Part shown: piece after piece, positions 37,269 through 46,462 of the stretch
How the letters are laid out: each line of letters starts with the position of its first letter
Numbering within the stretch: the first letter of the stretch is position 1
NCBI GenBank assembly: GCA_964526505.1
Contig: CAZGJC010000001.1
Location: forward strand, 16,105 to 80,104
Direction: 5' to 3'
DNA: 64,000 bases
From: an uncultured Clostridium sp.
Lineage (GTDB): Bacteria > Bacillota > Clostridia > Oscillospirales > CAG-272
Notes under the pieces: model-generated
Databases searched by the model: none
Seen by the model: only the letters and a program-made list of their open reading frames with translations
What the model was told of the DNA's origin: nothing
Made by a program: the position numbers and the translations under genes

Positions 37269-38321
37269 ATGTTTATAAAAACAAGTGTGAAATGGATAAC
37301 GACAATTATTCTGTTCATTTTTGTGACGTGTGTGTTTCTGTATTTATTTGGGAAAATAACGTCTCCGAAATATACAGATATCCCCGAAGGCAATTTGATA
37401 TCTGAATATTATGACGATGTAGAAGCGAACGTTTACCATCAGGTTGTTTTTATTGGTGATTGCGAAGTGTACGAATCTTTTTCTCCTCCTGTTCTTTGGG
37501 AAAAATATGGGATAAGTTCTTACGTTCGTGGCAGTGCAAGCCAAACGATATGGCAATCGTATTACCTTTTGGAGGAGACGCTGAAATATGAATGTCCGAA
37601 CGTAGTTGTGGTAAACGTTTTGTCAATGAAATACGACAAGACAAAACGTGAAGAGTACAATCGTATGACTATTGACGGGATGAAAATGTCAAGTTCGAAG
37701 GTAAAATCCATTATTGCGTCAATGAGTTACGAGGAAAGTTTTTTGTCTTATTTGTTTCCGATATTCAGATATCATTCACGGATCCCGGAACTTAATGTCT
37801 ACGATTTTAAATATGCCTTTGAGCGTCCCGGCGTTTCTTTCAACGGATATCTTATGCAGAAAAGCATCTGTGGAAGAGTGGAAACTTATGAAGAGATGAC
37901 AGAGGAGGCAGAGAATATAATCCACACAGAGAAATTGCCGGATATTTGTTTTGAGTATCTTGAAAAAATAAAAGATTTATGTTTTGACAACGGTATAGAA
38001 CTTATACTTGTAAAATCGCCGACGAATTCTCCCGGTTATTGGTGGTATGATGAGTGGGATGTGCAAATTAAAGAATTTGCACAATTGCATGAGTTGGACT
38101 ATTATAATTTTATAAACGACGATGAATTATCAATTGACTGGGAAACGGATACTTATGACGGTGGTGTCCATTTGAATCTTTACGGTGCGGAAAAATTAAG
38201 TATTTATTTCGGCAAGATACTAAGTGAAAAGTATGGCATAAAAAACTTGGGCGATGATAGGGAGATGTCGGGGGTATGGGAGAAAAAGACGAAAAAATAC
38301 GAGGCGGAAAAATATTCGTAG
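37269..38321 (+). CDS. membrane-anchored DltD/SGNH-like protein (putative acyl-transfer partner of the MBOAT)
   Basis: N-terminal TM helix. VVFIGDCEVYESF aligns with SGNH block I / the DltD GSSE motif but has Cys at the nucleophile position. DGGVHLNLYGAEKLS resembles block V (DxxH). Sits in the position that dltD-type genes occupy. Confidence 0.5.
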   Translation: MFIKTSVKWITTIILFIFVTCVFLYLFGKITSPKYTDIPEGNLISEYYDDVEANVYHQVVFIGDCEVYESFSPPVLWEKYGISSYVRGSASQTIWQSYYLLEETLKYECPNVVVVNVLSMKYDKTKREEYNRMTIDGMKMSSSKVKSIIASMSYEESFLSYLFPIFRYHSRIPELNVYDFKYAFERPGVSFNGYLMQKSICGRVETYEEMTEEAENIIHTEKLPDICFEYLEKIKDLCFDNGIELILVKSPTNSPGYWWYDEWDVQIKEFAQLHELDYYNFINDDELSIDWETDTYDGGVHLNLYGAEKLSIYFGKILSEKYGIKNLGDDREMSGVWEKKTKKYEAEKYS

Positions 38322-38803
38322 TATTGTGTGTTGCTGTTTTAATTGTCAGTGTTGCGACGTTGTGTGCGAACCTTTCGGCGTGTATGCAAGTAAATTCGGA
38401 GGAAGGATATGTATTTGAGTATAATTCGGTTGCATTCGCCGTGGGAGATGATGCGGAGACGGTTTTAAGCCGACTCGGAGAGGCGAAATCTTGCAAAGAA
38501 AACAGCGACGGTTGCGGTGGTGGCGACATTATAAAAACTTTCGAATACGATGGTTTCTCTTTGGAGGTTAAATGTGTAAGTGACAAGGAAATAATCTCAA
38601 AAATCATGCTGAAAAACGATTCTGTTAAAACATCGGAGGGGATTTTTATCGGCTCGTTGCAATCTGATGTCATAGAAACGTATGGCGAAGAATATGAGGA
38701 GAATTATAACGGAATTATTTACACAAAACAAAATACAAGATTGAATTTTGTAATAAAAAACGGAGTGGTTAAGTCGTTGTACTATGATTGCACGACGGAT
38801 TAA
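38276..38803 (+). CDS. lipoprotein of unknown function
   Basis: Signal peptide with lipobox LSAC. Overlaps the upstream gene by 46 nt if the ATG at 38276 is used; the TTG at 38324 is an alternative start. Confidence 0.55.
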   Translation: MGEKDEKIRGGKIFVVLCVAVLIVSVATLCANLSACMQVNSEEGYVFEYNSVAFAVGDDAETVLSRLGEAKSCKENSDGCGGGDIIKTFEYDGFSLEVKCVSDKEIISKIMLKNDSVKTSEGIFIGSLQSDVIETYGEEYEENYNGIIYTKQNTRLNFVIKNGVVKSLYYDCTTD

Positions 38804-38830
38804 ATTTTGAAAATTTGTCTCTTTTTTCCA

Positions 38831-38859
38831 TTGACAAAGTATAATAAAAATTATATAAT
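38831..38859 (+). promoter_or_regulatory. sigma-A-type promoter for the RpiR-family gene
   Basis: TTGACA (38831-38836), 17 nt, TATAAT (38854-38859). Confidence 0.6.
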
Positions 38860-38901
38860 AAGAGGAATAGATATTATACATTCAAAAAATGGACGGATTT
38901 T

Positions 38902-39759
38902 ATGAAAAGAGACATATTGAGACTCATAGACGAGGGTGAAAGACACTTTTCCAAGGGTCAAAAACATATAGCAAATTATATCAAGGAACATTATGACAAG
39001 GCCGCTTTTATGACTGCGGCAAAACTCGGAACGGAAGTGAACGTGTCGGAGTCAACGGTGGTGAGATTTGTTACCGAACTCGGATTTAGCGGATATCCGG
39101 ATTTTCAGCGATCACTTCAAGAACTTATCAGAAGTAAACTTACTGCGGTTCAACGAGTAGAAGTGACAAATAGTCTTATCGGCAGCGGCGACGTTATAGA
39201 CAGCGTTCTATCGATGGATATAGAGAGAATACGTCACACGTGTGAAAAAATAGATAAAAATTCTTTTTCCGAGGCAGTCAACCGCATTTCATCTGCGAAA
39301 AATATCTATATTATCGGAAGACGTGCATCATCTTTTCTTGCGGGATTTTTAAATTACAGCATGCGTATGATATTTGATAACGTGAGGCTTATACAAACCG
39401 CATCGGGTAATGAGATATTCGAACAACTCATGAACGTAGGAGACGGTGATGTAGTCATTGCGATAAGTTTTCCAAGATATTCCAAGAGTATGATTAGATG
39501 CACCGATTTTGCACGTAAGGCGGGTGCGTACGTTGTTGCACTGACTGACAGTGAGGAATCTCCGATTGCGGAAAACTCATCTTGTACACTTGTTGCAAAA
39601 AGTGATATGGCATCTTTTACCGATTCACTTGTTGCACCGATGTCGGTAATAAATGCCTTGATAGTTGCATTGTCAAGACAAAACGAAGAACAACTTTCAC
39701 AGCGTCTCGGTCGTCTCGAAGATATTTGGGATGAATACGGCGTTTACGAAAAAAAGTGA
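38902..39759 (+). CDS. MurR/RpiR-family transcriptional regulator (HTH_6 plus SIS domain)
   Basis: FSKGQKHIANYI...AAKLGTEVNVSESTVVRFVTELGFSGYPDFQ, followed by a SIS domain (IYIIGRRASS). Confidence 0.88.
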   Translation: MKRDILRLIDEGERHFSKGQKHIANYIKEHYDKAAFMTAAKLGTEVNVSESTVVRFVTELGFSGYPDFQRSLQELIRSKLTAVQRVEVTNSLIGSGDVIDSVLSMDIERIRHTCEKIDKNSFSEAVNRISSAKNIYIIGRRASSFLAGFLNYSMRMIFDNVRLIQTASGNEIFEQLMNVGDGDVVIAISFPRYSKSMIRCTDFARKAGAYVVALTDSEESPIAENSSCTLVAKSDMASFTDSLVAPMSVINALIVALSRQNEEQLSQRLGRLEDIWDEYGVYEKK

Positions 39760-39763
39760 TTTT

Positions 39764-41026
39764 ATGAGTTCGGGTACATTTAAATGCGACGGTCGCAAAC
39801 GTGTGGCGGTTATCGGTGGAGGTGCGTCCGGAATGATGGCATCAATTTCTGCGGCACAATGTGGTGCGGATGTGGTGCTGTTCGAAAAAAATAATAATCT
39901 CGGAAAAAAACTTCGCATAACGGGCAAGGGAAGATGCAATGTAACAAATCAATGTGATGTTAACGAATTCTTACAGAACGTAACGTCAAACCCCAGATTT
40001 TTATATGCGTCATTGAACAGATTTTCTCCATCGGACACTATGATGTTTTTCGAAGACTGCGGAGTTAAACTTAAAGTGGAACGTGGCAGACGTGTTTTCC
40101 CTGTATCAGATAAGGCACAGGATATAGTAAACGCTCTTTTGAACAAATGCAGAGAAGTCGGAGTTGAAATCGTTAACAAAAAAATATCTTCCGTGGAATA
40201 TGCGGATGGTGCTGTTATCGGTGTAAGGGACGGCAAGATGTTGCATCAATGCGATGCGGTAATTATCTGTACGGGCGGAAAATCCTATCCTCAAACCGGC
40301 TCGGACGGCGATGGATACAAATTCGCACGTGATGCGGGACATACGGTAACACATTTGTCACCGTCGCTTGTCCCCATTGTTGCAGATACACCGATATGTG
40401 CGAGAATGCAGGGATTGTCTCTGAAAAACGTCACTCTTAAAATAATCAACAACCAAAGCGGAAAAAATGTGTTTGAAGAATTCGGTGAAATGATGTTTAC
40501 GCATTTTGGTATAACAGGCCCTCTTGTACTTTCCGCTTCGGCACATATATCCGATATTCAAAAGGGCAAATATACTGCACTTGTGGATTTTAAGCCCGCT
40601 TTGGACGAAAATACACTTGACGCAAGAATTATTTCGGATTTTACGAAATATCAAAATAAGGATTTTATCAATGCACTTGGCGACTTATTGCCTTTGAAAG
40701 CAATAGAACCGATGATTGAAAAATCCGAGATAGACAAAAGAAAAAAAGTAAATTCCATAACAAGAGAAGAACGAAAAAAACTCGTCAATGCAATCAAAGG
40801 TTTTGATATTCCGCTTCTGCGTTTTCGACCCATAGATGAGGCGATTGTAACACGAGGCGGTGTAGCCGTAAATGAAATTGTCCCCAAGACCATGGAGTCA
40901 AGACTTGTATCCGGACTGTATTTTGCCGGAGAAGTGCTTGATCTTGATGCATACACGGGTGGATTTAATCTTCAAATTGCATTTTCCACAGCGGTTATTG
41001 CCGGAGAAAGTGCATCGGAATGGTAA
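39764..41026 (+). CDS. HI0933/YhiN-family NAD(P)/FAD-dependent oxidoreductase
   Basis: VAVIGGGASGMMAS...FEKNNNLGKKLRITGKGRCNVTN and a C-terminal GGFNLQ.A..TG. The start is 5 nt after the rpiR stop. Confidence 0.85.
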   Translation: MSSGTFKCDGRKRVAVIGGGASGMMASISAAQCGADVVLFEKNNNLGKKLRITGKGRCNVTNQCDVNEFLQNVTSNPRFLYASLNRFSPSDTMMFFEDCGVKLKVERGRRVFPVSDKAQDIVNALLNKCREVGVEIVNKKISSVEYADGAVIGVRDGKMLHQCDAVIICTGGKSYPQTGSDGDGYKFARDAGHTVTHLSPSLVPIVADTPICARMQGLSLKNVTLKIINNQSGKNVFEEFGEMMFTHFGITGPLVLSASAHISDIQKGKYTALVDFKPALDENTLDARIISDFTKYQNKDFINALGDLLPLKAIEPMIEKSEIDKRKKVNSITREERKKLVNAIKGFDIPLLRFRPIDEAIVTRGGVAVNEIVPKTMESRLVSGLYFAGEVLDLDAYTGGFNLQIAFSTAVIAGESASEW

Positions 41027-41054
41027 ACAAAGAAAGAAAAAGGAACATCAGGGA

Positions 41055-41732
41055 ATGATATCAATAGCAATAGACGGCCCCGGAGGGGCGGGAAAATCGA
41101 CCATATCAAAGGAAGTGGCAAGAAGAGCGGGTATAGTATACGTAGACACAGGTGCTTTATATCGGACAATCGGTTACTATGCACATCAAAGCGGTCTTTC
41201 CGTGGACGAGGCGAAAAACTCGGATAAACTGACACCGCTTCTCGATGGTGTTAACGTTGAGTTGATATATGAAAACGGCACACAACATGTTTATCTTAAC
41301 GGTACGGATTTGGGAGACAAAATAAGACAGCCTGAAATTTCAATGTATGCGTCGGCGGTTTCATCAGTCCCATCTGTAAGAGCGTTTTTACTCGATACGC
41401 AAAAAGAAATTGCACGTAAGCAGAGTGTAATTATGGACGGTAGGGATATCGGAACGGTTATTTTGCCTAATGCGGATTTGAAAATTTTCTTAACCGCATC
41501 AAATGAAGCAAGAGCGAAAAGACGCTTTGATGAACTGACTGCGAAGGGATTGAGTGTGACGTTCGATGACGTACTCAGCGAACTCACGGAACGTGATAAT
41601 GCTGATAGCGGTCGTAAAATCGCACCTGCCGTAGCCGCTGATGATGCAATTATATTTGATAATTCAAACTATACTTTTGATGAATCGGTAGAGTACATAA
41701 TGCAACTTATAAATCAAAAAATCGGAGGTTGA
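41055..41732 (+). CDS. cmk: cytidylate kinase
   Basis: ISIAIDGPGGAGKSTISKEVA..VDTGALYR, MDGRDIGT, and RAKRR. Confidence 0.95.
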   Translation: MISIAIDGPGGAGKSTISKEVARRAGIVYVDTGALYRTIGYYAHQSGLSVDEAKNSDKLTPLLDGVNVELIYENGTQHVYLNGTDLGDKIRQPEISMYASAVSSVPSVRAFLLDTQKEIARKQSVIMDGRDIGTVILPNADLKIFLTASNEARAKRRFDELTAKGLSVTFDDVLSELTERDNADSGRKIAPAVAADDAIIFDNSNYTFDESVEYIMQLINQKIGG

Positions 41733-41736
41733 CGGT

Positions 41737-42351
41737 TTGAAGAGCAAAGCCTATATAACTCTGAAAAAAATTCTCGGAGGATTTGTTAGATTTGTTTTCA
41801 GAGTTCACGTGCATGGATCGGAGAATGAGCCGAAAGATGAGTCATACCTCATTGTTTCAAATCATATCTCGAATGCGGACCCCGTTTTTCTGTGTCTTGC
41901 GGTCGATGAACAACAGCCACATTTTATGGCAAAAAAAGAACTGTTCAAAGTTCCTGTGGTAAATTGTATTGTGAAGGTCCTCGGTGCATTTTCCGTTGAC
42001 CGTGGCGGTAATGATGTCGGTGCAATAAAAAAAGCGATACAGATGCTCAAAAACGGTGAATGTGTAGGTATTTTTCCACAGGGACATAGACAGAAACGAG
42101 TAAATCCGAGAAATACAGAAGTGAAAAACGGAGTGGCAATGTTGGCTGTAAGAGCGGAGGTATGTGTGCTTCCGTGCTACATAAAGATTAAAAATAACAA
42201 ATGGGCACCGTTCAGACGTGTGGATGTTTATGTCGGAGAAGCAATAAGTTTTGAAGAACTTAACTACGACGAAAACGGAAAAGGCGAGTATTTGCGTATA
42301 ACATCGTATATTTTTGATAAAATATGTACGCTCGGTGAGAAAAATGCATAA
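41737..42351 (+). CDS. plsC: 1-acyl-sn-glycerol-3-phosphate acyltransferase
   Basis: NHISNADP (HX4D), FPQGHR, and cmk-plsC synteny. TTG start with GGAGG 8 nt upstream. Confidence 0.87.
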   Translation: MKSKAYITLKKILGGFVRFVFRVHVHGSENEPKDESYLIVSNHISNADPVFLCLAVDEQQPHFMAKKELFKVPVVNCIVKVLGAFSVDRGGNDVGAIKKAIQMLKNGECVGIFPQGHRQKRVNPRNTEVKNGVAMLAVRAEVCVLPCYIKIKNNKWAPFRRVDVYVGEAISFEELNYDENGKGEYLRITSYIFDKICTLGEKNA

Positions 42352-44365
42352 GCAGATAAAAATAGCAGAAAATTCGGGGTTTTGTTTTGGCGTGTCCGCC
42401 GCATCTTCTGCGGTAGAACGTGAAGCCGAAAACAGAATTTCGGGAGAAAAGATTTATACGCTCGGAAAACTTATTCATAATGACGTTTATAATGCTCGCT
42501 TATCGAAAATGGGCGTCAACGTTATATCCGAGTTTGATTTGAAAAAAATTGCAGAAAGTTCTTCATCTGCAAATCCAGTCAAGGTTTTTGTGCGAGCCCA
42601 CGGAATATCCGTTCAAACAGAACGAACGCTCAAACGTTTGAAAGAAGAAAACGAATTTTTCGATTTTGTTGATTGCACCTGTCCGTTTGTAAAGAAGATA
42701 CATAAAATTGTTTCCGAAAATTCAAGCGAGGATGGATTGCTTTTTGTACTCGGCAATCCGAATCACCCGGAAGTGCTTGGTTTTTGCAGTGAATTTGAAG
42801 GCGAAAAAATTGTTTTTTCGAATTTTTTCGAACTTCAAGAAAAATTGACTGACGAATGGCTGAAAAATCATTGTGCAAAACAACCAATCGCAGTTGCACA
42901 AACCACTCAAAATTTGGGTGAATGGGAAAAAACAAAAAAACTTTTAAAAAAGGTATATGCAAAACCTTTAATTTATGATACAATATGTAATGTTACTGAC
43001 AAAAGGCAAACCGAGGCAAAGGAACTCGCAAAGCAGAGCGATTTCATGATAGTAATAGGCAGTCAGGGAAGCTCAAATTCCCTTAAACTGTATGAGGTTT
43101 GCAGGGCAGAGTGTAGAGACACGGTTATGGTTGAGACCGCCGAGGAATTTAGAAAATATTTTCCTATCAACCAATCTAAAATAGGAATCGCCGCAGGTGC
43201 ATCGACGCCGAGCGACATAATACAGGAGGTACAAAACACCATGAGCGAAGCAGTTGAAAACTTTGCAGAATTACTTGAGGATTCACTCAAAACTTTAAAT
43301 ACAGGAGATACTGTCACAGGTTACGTAACCGCAGTCAACGACGGCGAAATTCAGTTAGACGTTGGTGCAAAAGTTACAGGTATTATCAAAGCAGACCAGA
43401 TAACAGATGATCCCAGTGCTAAGTTGAGCGAAATGTTCAAGATTGGCGACGCTGTTGAAGCGTTCGTTATTCGTGTCAGCGATGTTGACGGATTTGCAAC
43501 ACTCTCCAAAAAGAGAATTGATTCCGACAGATGCTGGTCAAAAATCGTAAGTGCAAAAGAGAATGATGAAGTTCTCGAAGGCACTGTTATTGAAGTCGTT
43601 AAGGGCGGAATTATCGTTCTTCACGATGCAACTCGTATCTTTATCCACGAATCACAGACGGGTCTTCCCAAGGATACGGATCTTCACACAATGCTCGGAC
43701 AGACGGTTAGATTTAAACTTACCGAAGTTCGTGACTATGGCAAGAAGGCTAAGGGATCCATTCGTGCAATTCTCCGTGAAGAAAGAAAGGTTGCAACAGC
43801 GGCATTCTGGTCTTCCATTGAAGAAGGCAAACAGTACACCGGTAAGGTAAAGAGCCTTACATCCTACGGTGCATTCGTTGATCTCGGCGGAGTTGACGGT
43901 ATGGTTCACGCTTCCGAACTTTCTTGGAAGAGAGTAAAACCCTCTGACGTCGTATCTGTTGGTGATGAAATCACAGTATACGTTAAATCTTTTGACGCAG
44001 AGAAAAAGAGAATTTCTCTCGGATATAAGACGGCTGAAACAAATCCCTGGTACATATTCACAACTAACTTTGCAGTAGGCGACATCGCACAGGTAAAGAT
44101 TGTTAGTATGATGCCTTTCGGTGCTTTTGCTGAAATCGTTGACGGAGTAGACGGACTTATCCATATTTCGCAGATTGCTCTTACAAAGATTGCAAAACCC
44201 GCAGACGTACTTGAAATCGGTCAGATCGTTGATGCGAAGATTGTTGACATTGACAATGAAAAGCAGAAGGTTAGCCTTTCTATCAGAGCTCTTCTTGAAG
44301 AAGCAAGAGCGGCGGCAGAGGCAATGCCCGAGGAAGTTTCCGAAGAAGCAAACGACGCTGAATAA
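42344..44365 (+). CDS. ispH: bifunctional 4-hydroxy-3-methylbut-2-enyl diphosphate reductase (IspH) / ribosomal protein S1-like fusion
   Basis: The N-terminal ~290 aa carry IspH motifs (GFCFGV, VRAHG, TCPFV, QTT, NSSN-like GSSNS). The C-terminus has four S1 repeats (e.g. GKVKSLTSYGAFVDLGGVDGMVHASE). Confidence 0.93.
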   Translation: MHKQIKIAENSGFCFGVSAASSAVEREAENRISGEKIYTLGKLIHNDVYNARLSKMGVNVISEFDLKKIAESSSSANPVKVFVRAHGISVQTERTLKRLKEENEFFDFVDCTCPFVKKIHKIVSENSSEDGLLFVLGNPNHPEVLGFCSEFEGEKIVFSNFFELQEKLTDEWLKNHCAKQPIAVAQTTQNLGEWEKTKKLLKKVYAKPLIYDTICNVTDKRQTEAKELAKQSDFMIVIGSQGSSNSLKLYEVCRAECRDTVMVETAEEFRKYFPINQSKIGIAAGASTPSDIIQEVQNTMSEAVENFAELLEDSLKTLNTGDTVTGYVTAVNDGEIQLDVGAKVTGIIKADQITDDPSAKLSEMFKIGDAVEAFVIRVSDVDGFATLSKKRIDSDRCWSKIVSAKENDEVLEGTVIEVVKGGIIVLHDATRIFIHESQTGLPKDTDLHTMLGQTVRFKLTEVRDYGKKAKGSIRAILREERKVATAAFWSSIEEGKQYTGKVKSLTSYGAFVDLGGVDGMVHASELSWKRVKPSDVVSVGDEITVYVKSFDAEKKRISLGYKTAETNPWYIFTTNFAVGDIAQVKIVSMMPFGAFAEIVDGVDGLIHISQIALTKIAKPADVLEIGQIVDAKIVDIDNEKQKVSLSIRALLEEARAAAEAMPEEVSEEANDAE

Positions 44366-44369
44366 TATA

Positions 44370-44400
44370 AAAAAGCAATCCTTCAAGGATTGCTTTTTTT
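44370..44400. terminator. bidirectional intrinsic terminator
   Basis: gcaatcc (44375-44381) / ggattgc (44387-44393) flanked by an A-run and a T-run. Overlaps the last codons of the Rrf2 gene. Confidence 0.75.
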
Positions 44401-44802
44401 GTTGCTTATAATGTCTTGTAGCGTTATGCTGTCAAAATATTCGTTAGTTATGCGATAAAATTCTTTCCACATAGGCAGTGTTATGCAGTCTGCCGAGCGT
44501 TTACAGGCATCGGAATCACATCCGACACAAGCAACGGGTGCAAGATCGCCTTCGGTTAACCGCAGTATATCGCCTATACGGTATTCGTTCAATTTTTTCG
44601 TCAATTTATAACCGCCGTTTTTGCCGTGAACGCCTTCAAGCATACCGTTTTTTACAAGAACCGGAAGGATTTGTTCAAGATATTTCAACGATATGTCTTG
44701 CTTTGATGCAATTTCCTTCATTGGAATATAATTTCCGCTCTCGTTTTTTGAAAGTTCAATCATTACACGCAGTGCGTATCTTCCTCTTGTCGATATCATC
44801 AT
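44383..44802 (-). CDS. Rrf2-family transcriptional regulator (IscR/CymR-like, with a Cys cluster)
   Basis: MISTRGRYALRVMIEL..IPMKEIASKQDISLKYLEQIL..L. Candidate cluster ligands lie in the C-terminal Cys residues (CVGCDSDACKRSADC). Confidence 0.88.
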   Translation of the reverse strand: MMISTRGRYALRVMIELSKNESGNYIPMKEIASKQDISLKYLEQILPVLVKNGMLEGVHGKNGGYKLTKKLNEYRIGDILRLTEGDLAPVACVGCDSDACKRSADCITLPMWKEFYRITNEYFDSITLQDIISNKKSNP

Positions 44803-44819
44803 AATTTACAGCCCTCGCT

Positions 44820-45251
44820 TTAAATATGACAGCAACTTTCGTGGTTGTCCGATTGAAATTGTGAGTTATCATATTTTATTCCGTTTTTCGTATAGTAATC
44901 TTTCAGTGCATTTTTTATTGCTTCTTCCGCAAGAACAGAACAGTGTATTTTGTGTGCCGGAAGACCGTCAAGGGCTTCAACTACTGCTTTATTGGTAAGT
45001 GTAAGTGCATCGGATATAGGCTTTCCTTTTATAAGTTCTGTTGCCATTGAACTGGATGCAATCGCAGAACCGCAACCGAACGTTTCAAATTTGGCGTCTG
45101 TTATAATATCGTTGTCTATTTTTAAATAAATTTTCATAATGTCACCGCATTTTGCGTTTCCGACTTCGCCTATGCCGTCGGCGTTTTCAATTATACCCAC
45201 GTTGCGTGGATTGCGGAAATGATCCATAACTTTATCGCTGTATAATGCCAT
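44820..45251 (-). CDS. nifU: Fe-S cluster assembly scaffold NifU/IscU
   Basis: HFRNPRNVG..GEVGNAKCGD, FGCGSAIASSS, and HCSVLAEEAI. Confidence 0.92.
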   Translation of the reverse strand: MALYSDKVMDHFRNPRNVGIIENADGIGEVGNAKCGDIMKIYLKIDNDIITDAKFETFGCGSAIASSSMATELIKGKPISDALTLTNKAVVEALDGLPAHKIHCSVLAEEAIKNALKDYYTKNGIKYDNSQFQSDNHESCCHI

Positions 45252-45261
45252 AGTTAACTCC

Positions 45262-46452
45262 TTATTTTATAACAAATTCTCTTTTTCTATTTTGCAAATC
45301 ACGCCATACGGGTGATATGCTACGCAAATATTCAACAACTTCTTTGACCGATGATATGATATATTCCGCTTCTTCTTCGGTGTTTTCTTCGGAAAGAGAA
45401 ATACGCAGGGAACCGTGTGCTATATCGTGTATTCTGCCTATTGCAAGCAGTACGTGACTCGGATCGAGTGATCCTGATGTGCATGCGGAACCCGATGATG
45501 CGGAAATTCCCTTGTCGTCGAGTAAAAGTAAGAGCGATTCTCCCTCTATGCCCTCAAAGCAAAAATTGATATTTCCCGGTAATCTTGATTGTAAATCACC
45601 GTTAAGGACTGAGTGGGGAATTGATGATAGACCGTCAATGATTTTGTTGCGTAACTTTATAAGTTTTTCGCTGTTTTGGTTTATATTTTTACAGCATAAT
45701 TCAAGAGCGGTTGCCATACCTACAATTGAGGGAAGATTCTCTGTTCCGGCACGTCTTCCTTTTTCTTGGGCTCCACCCTCAATTATGCTTGCCGTTGCAA
45801 TGCCCCTTCTTACGTATAATGCACCGACACCCTTGGGACCGTGAAATTTGTGTGCGGAAAGTGAAAGCATATCTATATGGTCATTTTGAACGTCAATTCT
45901 GATATGTCCTACTGCTTGAACAGCATCTGTATGGAATATTATGCCACGCTCGGCACATAATTCACCTATTTGCTTTATCGGCTGAATTGTTCCTATCTCG
46001 TTGTTGGCATACATAACCGATACAAGGCAAGTGTCGTCTCTGATTGCTTGCTTGATATCATCTGCTTTTACAATTCCGTTTTCCGGAACTTCTACAAGTG
46101 TTACGTCAAAGCCGTTTTTTTGAAGTTTTTTCAGGGTGTGAAGCACTGCGTGATGTTCGATTGCAGTTGAAACAATATGTTTCTTTCCTTTTTTTTCTCC
46201 TAATTTTGCCACTGAAATTATGGCTTGATTATCCGATTCACTTCCACCCGAAGTGAATATTATTTCTGCCGGGTTACATCCAATGCAAGACGATATTGTT
46301 TTTCTTGCTTTATCTAATGCTTCGGATGCAATTTGACCTTCGCTGTGCAGGCTTGATGGATTTCCGTATATTTGGTCAAAATACGGAAGCATTGAGTTTA
46401 TTACTTCTTGACTCATTTTTGTCGTTGCGGCATTGTCAACGTATATTCTCAT
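45262..46452 (-). CDS. nifS: cysteine desulfurase NifS
   Basis: IYVDNAATT, SGGSESDN, SLSAHKFHGPKGVG (PLP Lys), and the SSGSACTSG active-site Cys loop. Confidence 0.93.
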   Translation of the reverse strand: MRIYVDNAATTKMSQEVINSMLPYFDQIYGNPSSLHSEGQIASEALDKARKTISSCIGCNPAEIIFTSGGSESDNQAIISVAKLGEKKGKKHIVSTAIEHHAVLHTLKKLQKNGFDVTLVEVPENGIVKADDIKQAIRDDTCLVSVMYANNEIGTIQPIKQIGELCAERGIIFHTDAVQAVGHIRIDVQNDHIDMLSLSAHKFHGPKGVGALYVRRGIATASIIEGGAQEKGRRAGTENLPSIVGMATALELCCKNINQNSEKLIKLRNKIIDGLSSIPHSVLNGDLQSRLPGNINFCFEGIEGESLLLLLDDKGISASSGSACTSGSLDPSHVLLAIGRIHDIAHGSLRISLSEENTEEEAEYIISSVKEVVEYLRSISPVWRDLQNRKREFVIK

Positions 46453-46462
46453 AAATACTCCT

